Shown one piece after another: positions 1 to 8,597 of a stretch of DNA of 64,000 nucleotides. The notes under the pieces were generated by a model. That model was not told where the DNA came from and searched no databases. It saw only the letters and a program-made list of their open reading frames with translations. The position numbers were made by a program, and so were the translations under genes. Numbering within the stretch: position 1 is the first letter of the stretch; each line of letters starts with the position of its first letter. Source of the stretch: an uncultured Chloroflexia bacterium (GTDB lineage Bacteria > Chloroflexota > Anaerolineae > Anaerolineales > UBA4823); assembly GCA_963695415.1 (NCBI GenBank), contig CAVOGL010000024.1, positions 124,802 to 188,801 on the forward strand, written 5' to 3'.

Positions 1-52
1 CCGCTCAATTTATGAAGCTGTCGCAAAAGTCAATTTGGGACAGCCACTTTCC

Positions 53-865
53 CTAATGCCCGGACTTGATATTTTTGGTTCGGGTGCGCGCCAGGTCAAA
101 ATACATCACCGTTGGATCGCCGTATTCATTGCCAGCATGGTCTTGACCATGTGCCAGGAAAAGCTTTTGGAAGTGCCCTACCTTCTCCTGGCTGAGTTTT
201 GTCCGGGTGCTGATATAGCGCATTGTGTAGCCGGTGCGGCGCATCGCGCTGGTATTGGCATCGCTGCCGTGGATCAACTTTGCGGAGTGCAGGCTTGCCT
301 GGTTGGGCTGCAGCTCGATGGACACGGCTCGTTCGGCGTGTCTTTGAGCGGGTACGATCTCCGTGTCAAAGACGTTGGTTCGCGCATCCACGGATGCATA
401 GTCCGAATAACCATGGTGTTGCGTGCGCGGCACGACTTTAAGGCAGCCATTTTCCTCCGTCGATGGGTCGATAGCCAGCCAAACTGTCGCCACTTCCATC
501 GGTTCCATCCAGCCTCGCCAATAGGCAGAATCCTCATGCCACGGCACCCGCTTCCCTTTTCCTCCAGGTTTGCTGATGAAATGGCTTGAGAACAGAGCGA
601 TATCATCCCCCAGGAACGGCTGCACCAATCCCAGCACTTCTTCCGAAAACAGGAATTCATACAGCTGCGGGAAGGTGTAGTGCGGCACATCCATCATCTC
701 GGGGCTGAAATCGTCAGGTAGATCAGCTAAGATTTCTTCGAAGACTGTCTTTAACCGCGCAAATTTTTTCTCGGGCAGTACCGGTTCCCGGAAGATCAGG
801 TATCCCTCCGTGTTGTAATAGGCAACCTGTTCATCGCTTAGGCGGGTGGGCAATTTTGCTACCAT
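53..865 (-). CDS. phytanoyl-CoA dioxygenase (PhyH) family Fe(II)/2-oxoglutarate oxygenase
   Basis: 270-aa ORF; PhyH-type N-terminus (LSDEQVAYYNTEGYLIF), HxD iron ligands (PWHEDSAYW), distal His (LIHGSDAN). Confidence 0.8.
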   Translation of the reverse strand: MVAKLPTRLSDEQVAYYNTEGYLIFREPVLPEKKFARLKTVFEEILADLPDDFSPEMMDVPHYTFPQLYEFLFSEEVLGLVQPFLGDDIALFSSHFISKPGGKGKRVPWHEDSAYWRGWMEPMEVATVWLAIDPSTEENGCLKVVPRTQHHGYSDYASVDARTNVFDTEIVPAQRHAERAVSIELQPNQASLHSAKLIHGSDANTSAMRRTGYTMRYISTRTKLSQEKVGHFQKLFLAHGQDHAGNEYGDPTVMYFDLARTRTKNIKSGH

Positions 866-1026
866 AAGAATTCGCTCCTGGGTTTAAGGATTCCCGAAAA
901 AATTAGAGTTAATTTGTCTGATATGCCGATTATACCGGATTTGTTTCCATTGTCAATTTCTTTTCGGTTTGAGGATATTTATATGATAATATTGCCCTTA
1001 TTTATCCCTATTAAAACGAGGTCAGC

Positions 1027-1836
1027 ATGAAAAACGAGATCACCGACCAACAGATCGAGAGTTACCGCCAGCAGGGCTTCATTATCATCAACGAATTCCT
1101 CTCACCCGGTGAGTTAGAGCACTGGCGTGAAGTGACCCAGGATGCGGTCGACATCCGTCTTGCGATGAATTCACAGGCGAATAACCAGGCAATCTTGAAC
1201 AACCAGGGCGATCCGGATGCGTTCTACGCCCAGGTCTTCACCCAGTGTCTTCGCCTGGCGGATATCCATGATGGCATGAAGGAGTTGATGTTCGATGAGC
1301 GCCTCGGTCGCCTTGCCTCAACCCTGGCTCAGGTGGATGGCATTCGTATCTGGCATGACCAGGCATTGTTCAAGCCGGCTTATGGAAACCACACCGCCTT
1401 TCACTTCGACAATCCTTTCTGGTCTTTTTACCACAAGGACGCTATTTCGTTGTGGGTCGCACTCGATGACGCTACCCTGGCAAACGGCTGCCTGTGGTAT
1501 TTGCCAGGCACCCACCTGGAAGCCACCTTCACCGCCGTCGGGATCGGAGAGAATCTGGGTGACATCTTCAAAGCTTATCCCCAGTGGAAAAAAGTTGAAG
1601 CCCTCCCGGCAGCGTGCAAAGCGGGCAGTGCCGTATTGCACAACGGTTTGATTGCCCACGGAGCCGGTGCCAACATGACTGCTTATCCGCGCCGCGCCAT
1701 GACCTGTGCCTATATGCCCGACGGCAGCACCTTTAATGGACAGCAGAACGTCCTTCCCGATGATTATTTCCAGACCTTGAAGGTTGGAGATTTGCTCAAC
1801 GACGACCGCATCAACCGCCTGATCTGGCACAACTAA
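1027..1836 (+). CDS. phytanoyl-CoA dioxygenase (PhyH) family oxygenase, paralog divergent from 53-865
   Basis: 269-aa ORF; QIESYRQQGFIIINEFL, HxD (AFHFDNPFW), distal His (LIAHGAGAN). Confidence 0.8.
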   Translation: MKNEITDQQIESYRQQGFIIINEFLSPGELEHWREVTQDAVDIRLAMNSQANNQAILNNQGDPDAFYAQVFTQCLRLADIHDGMKELMFDERLGRLASTLAQVDGIRIWHDQALFKPAYGNHTAFHFDNPFWSFYHKDAISLWVALDDATLANGCLWYLPGTHLEATFTAVGIGENLGDIFKAYPQWKKVEALPAACKAGSAVLHNGLIAHGAGANMTAYPRRAMTCAYMPDGSTFNGQQNVLPDDYFQTLKVGDLLNDDRINRLIWHN

Positions 1837-2025
1837 AACGGTGTTTGGGAAGTAAATTCATGGGTTATTGCATGGTTGTTGCTGCTGGGTTCTGCTCAAT
1901 CAGGAGAGAGTATCCACTCCAGCGGCTTCCACTCCACCTAAACCGCGTAAACTGGCTCGTTTGGTGTTTTAATAGGGAACAAAACAACATCATTTTGCGT
2001 CTGAGAATGAAAGGAATAACTTCAG

Positions 2026-2574
2026 ATGTTTACCAGACCCTTGAACAAACGCCTCGTCTTGATCGTTGCCAGCCTGTTTATTTCACTCCTGCTTCTGGCG
2101 GGATGCGCCGGCTCTCCGCCCGATGCAGATTCCCCGGCAACCCCTGACCGCAAGGACCGTCTTGAACAGGATTCTCCCAAAACGGAAATTGACAAAGCCA
2201 TAGATCCGGTGTCTTCAGATGCAGGAAGCCCGGCTGAACCTGACCAGTCGCCCACCATCGCTGAGGTCCCTCCTGTGTTGCTTGAAGCCATCCTTGCCGA
2301 CCTCATCGAGCGCACCGGCGCAGAAAGAGAATCCATCGAGATACTCCATGGCAAATTCGTGATCTGGAACGACGGTTCGTTGGGCTGTCCGAAACCCGGT
2401 GAATTCTATACCCAGGCAATGATCGAAGGTTACCAGGTCATCCTGCGAGTGGGTGAGTCAGAATACGACTACCACGCCTCCGAACGCGGCTCCTTCTTCA
2501 TTTGCGAAAACAGTGATTTCCTCCCCTTCTCCCGCCCATCTGACCCGGGAGACAATAACGCACCTGAAAAGTAG
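2026..2574 (+). CDS. hypothetical lipoprotein
   Basis: 182-aa ORF with signal peptide and lipobox (LLLLAGCAG) then Pro/Asp/Ser-rich linker; no family recognised. Confidence 0.55.
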   Translation: MFTRPLNKRLVLIVASLFISLLLLAGCAGSPPDADSPATPDRKDRLEQDSPKTEIDKAIDPVSSDAGSPAEPDQSPTIAEVPPVLLEAILADLIERTGAERESIEILHGKFVIWNDGSLGCPKPGEFYTQAMIEGYQVILRVGESEYDYHASERGSFFICENSDFLPFSRPSDPGDNNAPEK

Positions 2575-2705
2575 GCTGACTTCCATATTCAACCTACCCC
2601 ATTTTCACCCGCCCCTGGTGCACAGGGCTCCTGGTATACCAGGCAGAAGCAAAAAAATCCCCCTATTCTCAACCGTTCCTGGTGAACCAGGCGAGACAAA
2701 AAACT

Positions 2706-2744
2706 CCCCCCCATTTTCACCGCTTTTTGGTGAAAATGGGGGGG
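2706..2744 (-). terminator. rho-independent terminator of the S8 protease gene (strongest of three hairpin modules)
   Basis: perfect 16-bp stem CCCCCCCATTTTCACC/GGTGAAAATGGGGGGG with 7-nt loop, 13 nt past the stop at 2757; followed on the minus strand by TTTTTT. Confidence 0.7.
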
Positions 2745-2756
2745 ACAAAGGGGGGG

Positions 2757-5700
2757 TTACTTTACTTTCAGCACCAACATTTCAGTCCATTTTGTCGCCC
2801 CACCCCGGGCGCCAGAACCGCGGTCACCATTGGTCACCAGCATCACGCCCAGTTCCTGAGTGTTGCCAGGCCACGGTCCAAAGTCGATCACCGCCAGACC
2901 CTCTTTATCGAAGGTCCTTCCGGGGATATCATTGGGGATGCCGTAGTACTGCTCACCCAGAGGTGTAACCGTCAGACCTTCGACCCAGTCTCCGGGTCCG
3001 CCGTAGTACCAGTCCTGCGTTTCTACAGCCATGTTGACGTTGGTCGCCAGCATGTCCGTTCCGGTTAAGCCAACCTGTTCACCACACACGATCAAAACTG
3101 TATTACCGGTGTTGGTCGAGTGTTCAGTGTAGAAGTAACCGACCGCATCACCCGTCGACAGGTCGTATGCGAACGTCAGGTGGCGTCCGTCTGACAGGGT
3201 TCCAAACCCGGAGATGTCACTGTTGAATACCAAGTAATCATCGACGCCATCCTGGTCAGTGTCCAGGTAAACGTAGTGGTGTACTGGCATCAGGTGTTCC
3301 TGGCGTTCCCAGGTGTTGATTGCGAACACCCACAAGAACGAGTCCTGATCTGAACAGTAACCCGCCGGGACCGGATATGTATTGATACCAATCGCGCGGA
3401 TGTCCGGCGTCGGTGACTGCTCTCCGCTTCCGCCGGTGGGTTGGTTCTCGCTCAGTGCCAGGAGTGAATACGAATCGACCTGAGCCGTACCAACGCCGGT
3501 GTTGAGCATCATTACCTCGTCGACCCCGTCCTGGAATCTCAAACCGAACTGCAGTGGGATCAATCGGGCAGCCTTTCTCGGCAGCACGTGCCACGGCAGG
3601 TGGATGGGGTGTTCCCCGTCATCCAGCGTGATATAGCCGTCATATTCATTCAATGTCAGTGCAGCCGGGTTTGCACCCTGGGAGCCGGAGTTCATATAGT
3701 TCGCCGGCAGCAGTGAGCCATTGATCGTCATCGTTACCTTGAACAGGGCGTCATTCCCATCCGCTTTCACGGTCACGGTGGATGGCACGCTCAGTGAAAC
3801 TGCGCCGCTCGCCTCGTCATTCGCATAGCGGAAGCTGGTGGACACGTTATACGTCCTGGCGCTTTCGCTGTAATTGCGCACGCGCACGAACTTGGTCAGC
3901 GTCACCCTTTCATCTGCCACATCGATGAAGCCGAAGCCCAGCGCTCCGGTCGGGTCCTGGTTGTCCCATGCCGCCGCTGGAGCCATGATCGCCTGGTCGA
4001 CGCGCACCTCACCACCGCCAATCCGGGTGATGGGAGCCAGGTCGCCAACCAGTGCGTTGTTCAGGATGTTCGTCTCGGCGTTGTTCATCAACAGCGCCTT
4101 CACCTCAACCGGTGACAGCCCATTCCCCAGCCACTTGTAGTAGCTGTTGGATTTCCAGGGCGGGTCAGCGATCTGGTAACCTTCAAGAAGCAGTGCTGCC
4201 GCGCCGGTCACCATGGGTGTAGCGCCGGAGGTGCCGCCAAATGCGCCTTCCCCGGTGCCGCTTCCCGCGATAGCAGAGACAGATGCGCCTGGTGCGCCGA
4301 TTTCGGGCTTGATCAAATGTGTGTTTTCATGTTGTGGACCACGTGACGAGCTGCCCACCATCGAGCCGACCAGATCTATGCCCTTGTCTGGGTCGAAGGT
4401 GACCATTGTGTTCGGGATTCCGCTTTTCATCATGTTCGAAACACTCTGGCTGACCATGTAGCCGGGGATATCGATCGGGCGGTCGCCGCCGTCAGCGCCG
4501 GAGAATGGCTCACCCGGGGCAACCAGACCGATGATCCCGACCAATCCGCCGCCCTGGCTGATGTTGCTGATCTTCAGGCTGAAGTTGCACGCGCCGCGAT
4601 CCACCAGCACGATGTAGCCGCTGAGAGAACCGGGTGCGAAGGCTGCACAGCCGTTCAGGTTTCCGCCTGCGCCATCCCCATACATAACGGGTCCCGACAT
4701 AATCCTGCTCAAAGGCACAGAGTACGACTGGAAAACTGCCGGATACAGACCTGCAATACCGCTTGGCGCCGTCACCTCCATCATTGGCTGGAAGGCGCTG
4801 GGAACGTTGGTCTGGGCTACCGACAAAGCTGATTTCGCCGCTGAAGGTGTCCCGTTCACATAGGGTTTGTCCGAGCCGTTTCCGGCTGCCGCCACAGTCA
4901 GCACACCAAGGTTTGTGGCGTTGTCAACCGCCGCAGCCAGGTCATCATCGAACGGCTGTCCGTAATCGGATCCCAGGGACATGTTGATAATGTCGACTCT
5001 GTCATTGGATAAGCCATCTCCGTTCGGATCTACGGCATATTCCATACCCTGGATCAGGGCAACACCGGAGCAGGCTGTAGATACGGAAGAGCACACTTTC
5101 ACTGCGTAAAGATCGACGCCCGGCGCCACACCGCCAACACCACCGATGATGTGGGCGACATGTGTTCCGTGACCACCGCCTGGACCCGCATCCAACGGGT
5201 CAGGGTCGGGAGCCAGGTTGCCGCTGGGCCACACGCTGCCGACGAAATCGTACCCACCGACAACCTTCGCGGTCGGGAAGCTGCCCGGCTCGATGATCGT
5301 CGGATCGTTCGCATCAAATTCATCCGGGTCTCCAGAACCGCCCAGTCCAGCATGCAGGTAGTCGACGCCGCTGTCCAGCACCGCAACCTTGACCCCGCTG
5401 CCGTCATAGCCTTCCGCCTGCACAGCCGCCGCGCCGATGTAAGGCACGGTCTCGGAAAGGTAGAGCTCGTAATCTCCGATCCGGTTGATGTGCAAAACAT
5501 CAGGATCGTCCGCTGCCTGGACAAGTGCATCTGCCTCCGCCTCGACAAACACGGCGTTCAGCACCATCTGCACCTGGCCCAGCACGCGTGCGTTCGGGTC
5601 CGCCTGCTTCAAGCGGTTCACGAATGCGTTCTGCTGTTCTTTCGCAGCCAGTTTTGCGGCATCGGTGTCTTCGCCTTTTGCCATGGCGCTTCCGCCCGAA

Positions 5701-5939
5701 TCCGCAGTGAGCTGCACAATCACCTGCTGCTTGCCGGTCGCTCCAAGCAGTTCGCTGTCAAGCGCCATCAAACCTGGATTGTCCATCACCACCGGCTCAT
5801 CAAGCTTCAATCCGGTAACCGATTCGGGTACATCGCGTCCTTCGAAGCGGCTTGGTCCGCCATCCTGAGCAAGCGCTGTAGTCGTCAGCGCCAGGACCAG
5901 GGAAATGACCAAAAGAAAGTTGAAAATTTTACGTTTCAT
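2757..5939 (-). CDS. secreted subtilisin-like serine protease (peptidase S8) with PA-domain insert
   Basis: 1060-aa intact ORF; signal peptide; catalytic motifs VAVLDSGVD, GHGTHVAHIIGG, GTSGATPMVTGAAALL; PA-like insert IVLVDRGACNFSLK. Confidence 0.9.
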   Translation of the reverse strand: MKRKIFNFLLVISLVLALTTTALAQDGGPSRFEGRDVPESVTGLKLDEPVVMDNPGLMALDSELLGATGKQQVIVQLTADSGGSAMAKGEDTDAAKLAAKEQQNAFVNRLKQADPNARVLGQVQMVLNAVFVEAEADALVQAADDPDVLHINRIGDYELYLSETVPYIGAAAVQAEGYDGSGVKVAVLDSGVDYLHAGLGGSGDPDEFDANDPTIIEPGSFPTAKVVGGYDFVGSVWPSGNLAPDPDPLDAGPGGGHGTHVAHIIGGVGGVAPGVDLYAVKVCSSVSTACSGVALIQGMEYAVDPNGDGLSNDRVDIINMSLGSDYGQPFDDDLAAAVDNATNLGVLTVAAAGNGSDKPYVNGTPSAAKSALSVAQTNVPSAFQPMMEVTAPSGIAGLYPAVFQSYSVPLSRIMSGPVMYGDGAGGNLNGCAAFAPGSLSGYIVLVDRGACNFSLKISNISQGGGLVGIIGLVAPGEPFSGADGGDRPIDIPGYMVSQSVSNMMKSGIPNTMVTFDPDKGIDLVGSMVGSSSRGPQHENTHLIKPEIGAPGASVSAIAGSGTGEGAFGGTSGATPMVTGAAALLLEGYQIADPPWKSNSYYKWLGNGLSPVEVKALLMNNAETNILNNALVGDLAPITRIGGGEVRVDQAIMAPAAAWDNQDPTGALGFGFIDVADERVTLTKFVRVRNYSESARTYNVSTSFRYANDEASGAVSLSVPSTVTVKADGNDALFKVTMTINGSLLPANYMNSGSQGANPAALTLNEYDGYITLDDGEHPIHLPWHVLPRKAARLIPLQFGLRFQDGVDEVMMLNTGVGTAQVDSYSLLALSENQPTGGSGEQSPTPDIRAIGINTYPVPAGYCSDQDSFLWVFAINTWERQEHLMPVHHYVYLDTDQDGVDDYLVFNSDISGFGTLSDGRHLTFAYDLSTGDAVGYFYTEHSTNTGNTVLIVCGEQVGLTGTDMLATNVNMAVETQDWYYGGPGDWVEGLTVTPLGEQYYGIPNDIPGRTFDKEGLAVIDFGPWPGNTQELGVMLVTNGDRGSGARGGATKWTEMLVLKVK

Positions 5940-6267
5940 TGGAATTTCTCCTTAGAATTTAAAACACATACAACTACTGGTTTAGTGAATTGTTTGCCAG
6001 AAAAAGCCATCATTATTTTATTTTCTTATTTCCCACCTCCATTTTTGCCAGAGTTGCTTCAATTCATTGCACCCTTCTTCATCCAGCGCCAATTTTAATG
6101 ATCTTTCCCCTGATAGGAATACCTTTTTTAGAACATTAATTATACGAAACGATTCACTGAGAATCTTGTGATCGTTCCTAACAAATATGTTAGGATTTCT
6201 AAGACTGGTTTGAAGTTTGTGATTAACATACCTTTTTCGGCTGCCTGTCTACGCACACCCCCAGGCG

Positions 6268-7287
6268 CTAAACCTCAACTCCCAGCGCAGTACGGATGAA
6301 ATAACCCAGAATGAAGCTGACAGCCGCCACGCCCAGGCTCAAGCCAGCCATCTCAAAAAAGCGCCTGCGGAAAGGCAGCCCTTTTGCCACCGAAATGTAA
6401 AAGTTAAACGCTGCGATGATCAGAATCGCCGTGCACAATACCAGTACCAGGCACAGGTAATAATTTTCGAAAATCAGGTAGGGCAGAATCAGCACCGCTA
6501 CGGTGAAAATGTAGGCGATGCCCGTGTAAAGTGATGCTTTGATGGGGTCTTTATCCGTTTCTTCAGAGCGAGTCGACAGGTATTCTGAGGTCGCCATCGA
6601 GAGTGCTGCGGCAATCCCGGTGATCAACCCGCTCAGGGCGATCAGTTGTGTGTTCTGCAGCGCCAGGGTCAATCCAGCCAGGGCGCCGGTGAGTTCTACC
6701 AGGGCATCGTTCAAACCAAGAACTATCGACCCGGTATAACGCAGGCTTTCCTCATCTAGCATTTCGATTAAGGCTTCTTCGTGGGCGTTTTCCTCCTTCA
6801 GAAAGGTTTCAATCTCAGCCACCTTTCCTTTTAAATTCGCGTACTCTTTTTGGGCATCCTCTTCACCACCCTCCATTAATTTGATTCCGAAGGTAAAGCC
6901 CAGGAGGCGGCTGGTCCAGGTATAAAACCAGATCGAGAAGCGACTGGGTTTTATGTCCTGTCTAGTGTACTTTTTCCACAGGTGGTAGTGCTTGAGTTCG
7001 TCAGATGCGATTTTTTCCAGGATTCTGCGGTTTTCTGGCGATTTGGTCACGTTTGCCAGGCGCAGGTAGATATGGTATTCAGTGATTTCGCTGCGCTGGA
7101 AGGAAAGGATTTGCCGCTTCAATTCATCCGGGATGTTTTTTTGCTCCAACATCGACTTCTCCCGGCTCAGCTCCTCTTCCAGCTCATCCAATTGCTCCAT
7201 CATCGCCGCCGGCACAGAGTGCGCCGGCCAACGCAGCTTGAGCTCTGCAATCTGCTTCTCGAGTTCTTCAATTTTTTCTGTTGTCAT
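6268..7287 (-). CDS. VIT1/CCC1-family iron/manganese transporter with N-terminal ferritin/rubrerythrin-like domain
   Basis: 339-aa ORF; EYHIYLRL...DELKHYHLW...EENAHEEAL di-iron-like helices, then GLNDALVELTGALAG and C-terminal TM helices. Confidence 0.75.
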   Translation of the reverse strand: MTTEKIEELEKQIAELKLRWPAHSVPAAMMEQLDELEEELSREKSMLEQKNIPDELKRQILSFQRSEITEYHIYLRLANVTKSPENRRILEKIASDELKHYHLWKKYTRQDIKPSRFSIWFYTWTSRLLGFTFGIKLMEGGEEDAQKEYANLKGKVAEIETFLKEENAHEEALIEMLDEESLRYTGSIVLGLNDALVELTGALAGLTLALQNTQLIALSGLITGIAAALSMATSEYLSTRSEETDKDPIKASLYTGIAYIFTVAVLILPYLIFENYYLCLVLVLCTAILIIAAFNFYISVAKGLPFRRRFFEMAGLSLGVAAVSFILGYFIRTALGVEV

Positions 7288-7484
7288 GGCGCCACCTGGT
7301 GACTTATTCTAACCGTATTTTTTAGTATTGACGGCTGCAAGTGACATCCGTCAGTAGTACTTAAACATCGCTTGCGTTTATAATTCTCCCGCGGCTCTCT
7401 GGTTAATCCTCAAGACATTTATGGCATGTTCAAGATAATTCTACTGCAGGGGCTGGGCAAATTCAAGAAAGGTAGGTTTTAACA

Positions 7485-8597
7485 ATGACCCAAAAACAAA
7501 ATCCAATTCAAGCTGTTCAGGAACACGGGCAGTCCATCTGGTATGACAACATCCGCCGTTCGATGCTGGCTTCCGGCGAGCTTTGGGCGCTGGCACAGGA
7601 CGGCATCATGGGGGTAACTTCAAACCCCACCATTTTCGAGAAAGCCATTGCCGGCAGCCAGGATTACGACCAGACTCTGCTGCACCTGGCAGACCAGGCA
7701 TTGTCGTCTGACGAATTGTTCGAGATCCTGGCAGTCGAGGATATCCGTGCCGCTGCAGACATCATGCGCCCGGTTTATGAACGCACATCAGGTCAGGATG
7801 GGTTTGTCAGCCTCGAAGTACGCCCGTCCCTGGCGCACGAATATCAGGCTACTGTTGATGAAGCCATCCGTTTGTTCAACACGCTTGACCGCCCCAATGT
7901 GATGATCAAGGTGCCTGCTACTGCCGCCGGCATCCGTGCCGTTGAATCCTTAATCGCCGCTGGCGCTAACATCAACGTCACCCTGATCTTCTCCGTGCAG
8001 CAGTATATCGCCGTCGCCGAGGCATATATTTCCGGACTTGAGCAACGCGCCGCCGCAGGTAAACCTGTCCACGGCATCGCCTCGGTGGCTTCCTTTTTCG
8101 TCTCGCGCATCGATTCCGCAGTGGACCCGCAGCTTGAATCAGCCGGCGCAGACGCTCTCCTGGGCAGGATCGCCATTGCCAATGCGAAAGTCGCCTATGC
8201 CCGTTTCGAGTCAATTTTCAACGGAGACCGCTGGCAGCGCCTCGCCGCCCTTGGCGCTCGTGTGCAGCGACCGCTTTGGGCGAGCACCGGCACCAAGAAT
8301 CCTGCTTACCCGGACACTCTATATATTGATGCCTTGATCGGTCCGCACACCGTCAACACCGTCCCTCCCGCCACCCTCCAGGCGTTCAAGGATCACGGGA
8401 AGGTCTCTCGAACGGTTGATTCTGGGCAGGCAATAGCGGTTGCTGACCTTGAAAAATTACAAGAATTGGGCATAGATATTAACGCGGTTTCCAATAAACT
8501 GCTGGATGATGGCGTTGCTTCTTTTGCGAATTCCTACGATGCCCTGGTATTGAGCATCGAGACCAAGCTCGCCGAATTGAAAAATGAACCAGCTTAA
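7485..8597 (+). CDS. tal: transaldolase
   Basis: 370-aa ORF; GVTSNPTIFEKAI and Schiff-base Lys region NVMIKVPAT. Confidence 0.9.
   Translation: MTQKQNPIQAVQEHGQSIWYDNIRRSMLASGELWALAQDGIMGVTSNPTIFEKAIAGSQDYDQTLLHLADQALSSDELFEILAVEDIRAAADIMRPVYERTSGQDGFVSLEVRPSLAHEYQATVDEAIRLFNTLDRPNVMIKVPATAAGIRAVESLIAAGANINVTLIFSVQQYIAVAEAYISGLEQRAAAGKPVHGIASVASFFVSRIDSAVDPQLESAGADALLGRIAIANAKVAYARFESIFNGDRWQRLAALGARVQRPLWASTGTKNPAYPDTLYIDALIGPHTVNTVPPATLQAFKDHGKVSRTVDSGQAIAVADLEKLQELGIDINAVSNKLLDDGVASFANSYDALVLSIETKLAELKNEPA

Noticed and set aside
5151-6098. 315-aa plus-strand ORF, and similar antisense ORFs (33549-34367, 53504-54160, 57852-58748, 35-589)
   Set aside because: Each lies fully inside and antisense to a gene with strong family motifs (S8 protease, ABC transporter, kinase/nitroreductase, hutI, PhyH). 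No motifs, and biased composition.
7288-7484. Metal riboswitch (yybP-ykoY-like) upstream of the VIT1-family transporter
   Set aside because: I could not find the conserved riboswitch core sequences. Only a TGACGG..CCGTCA inverted repeat that may be a protein operator is visible, and that is too weak to report as a feature.
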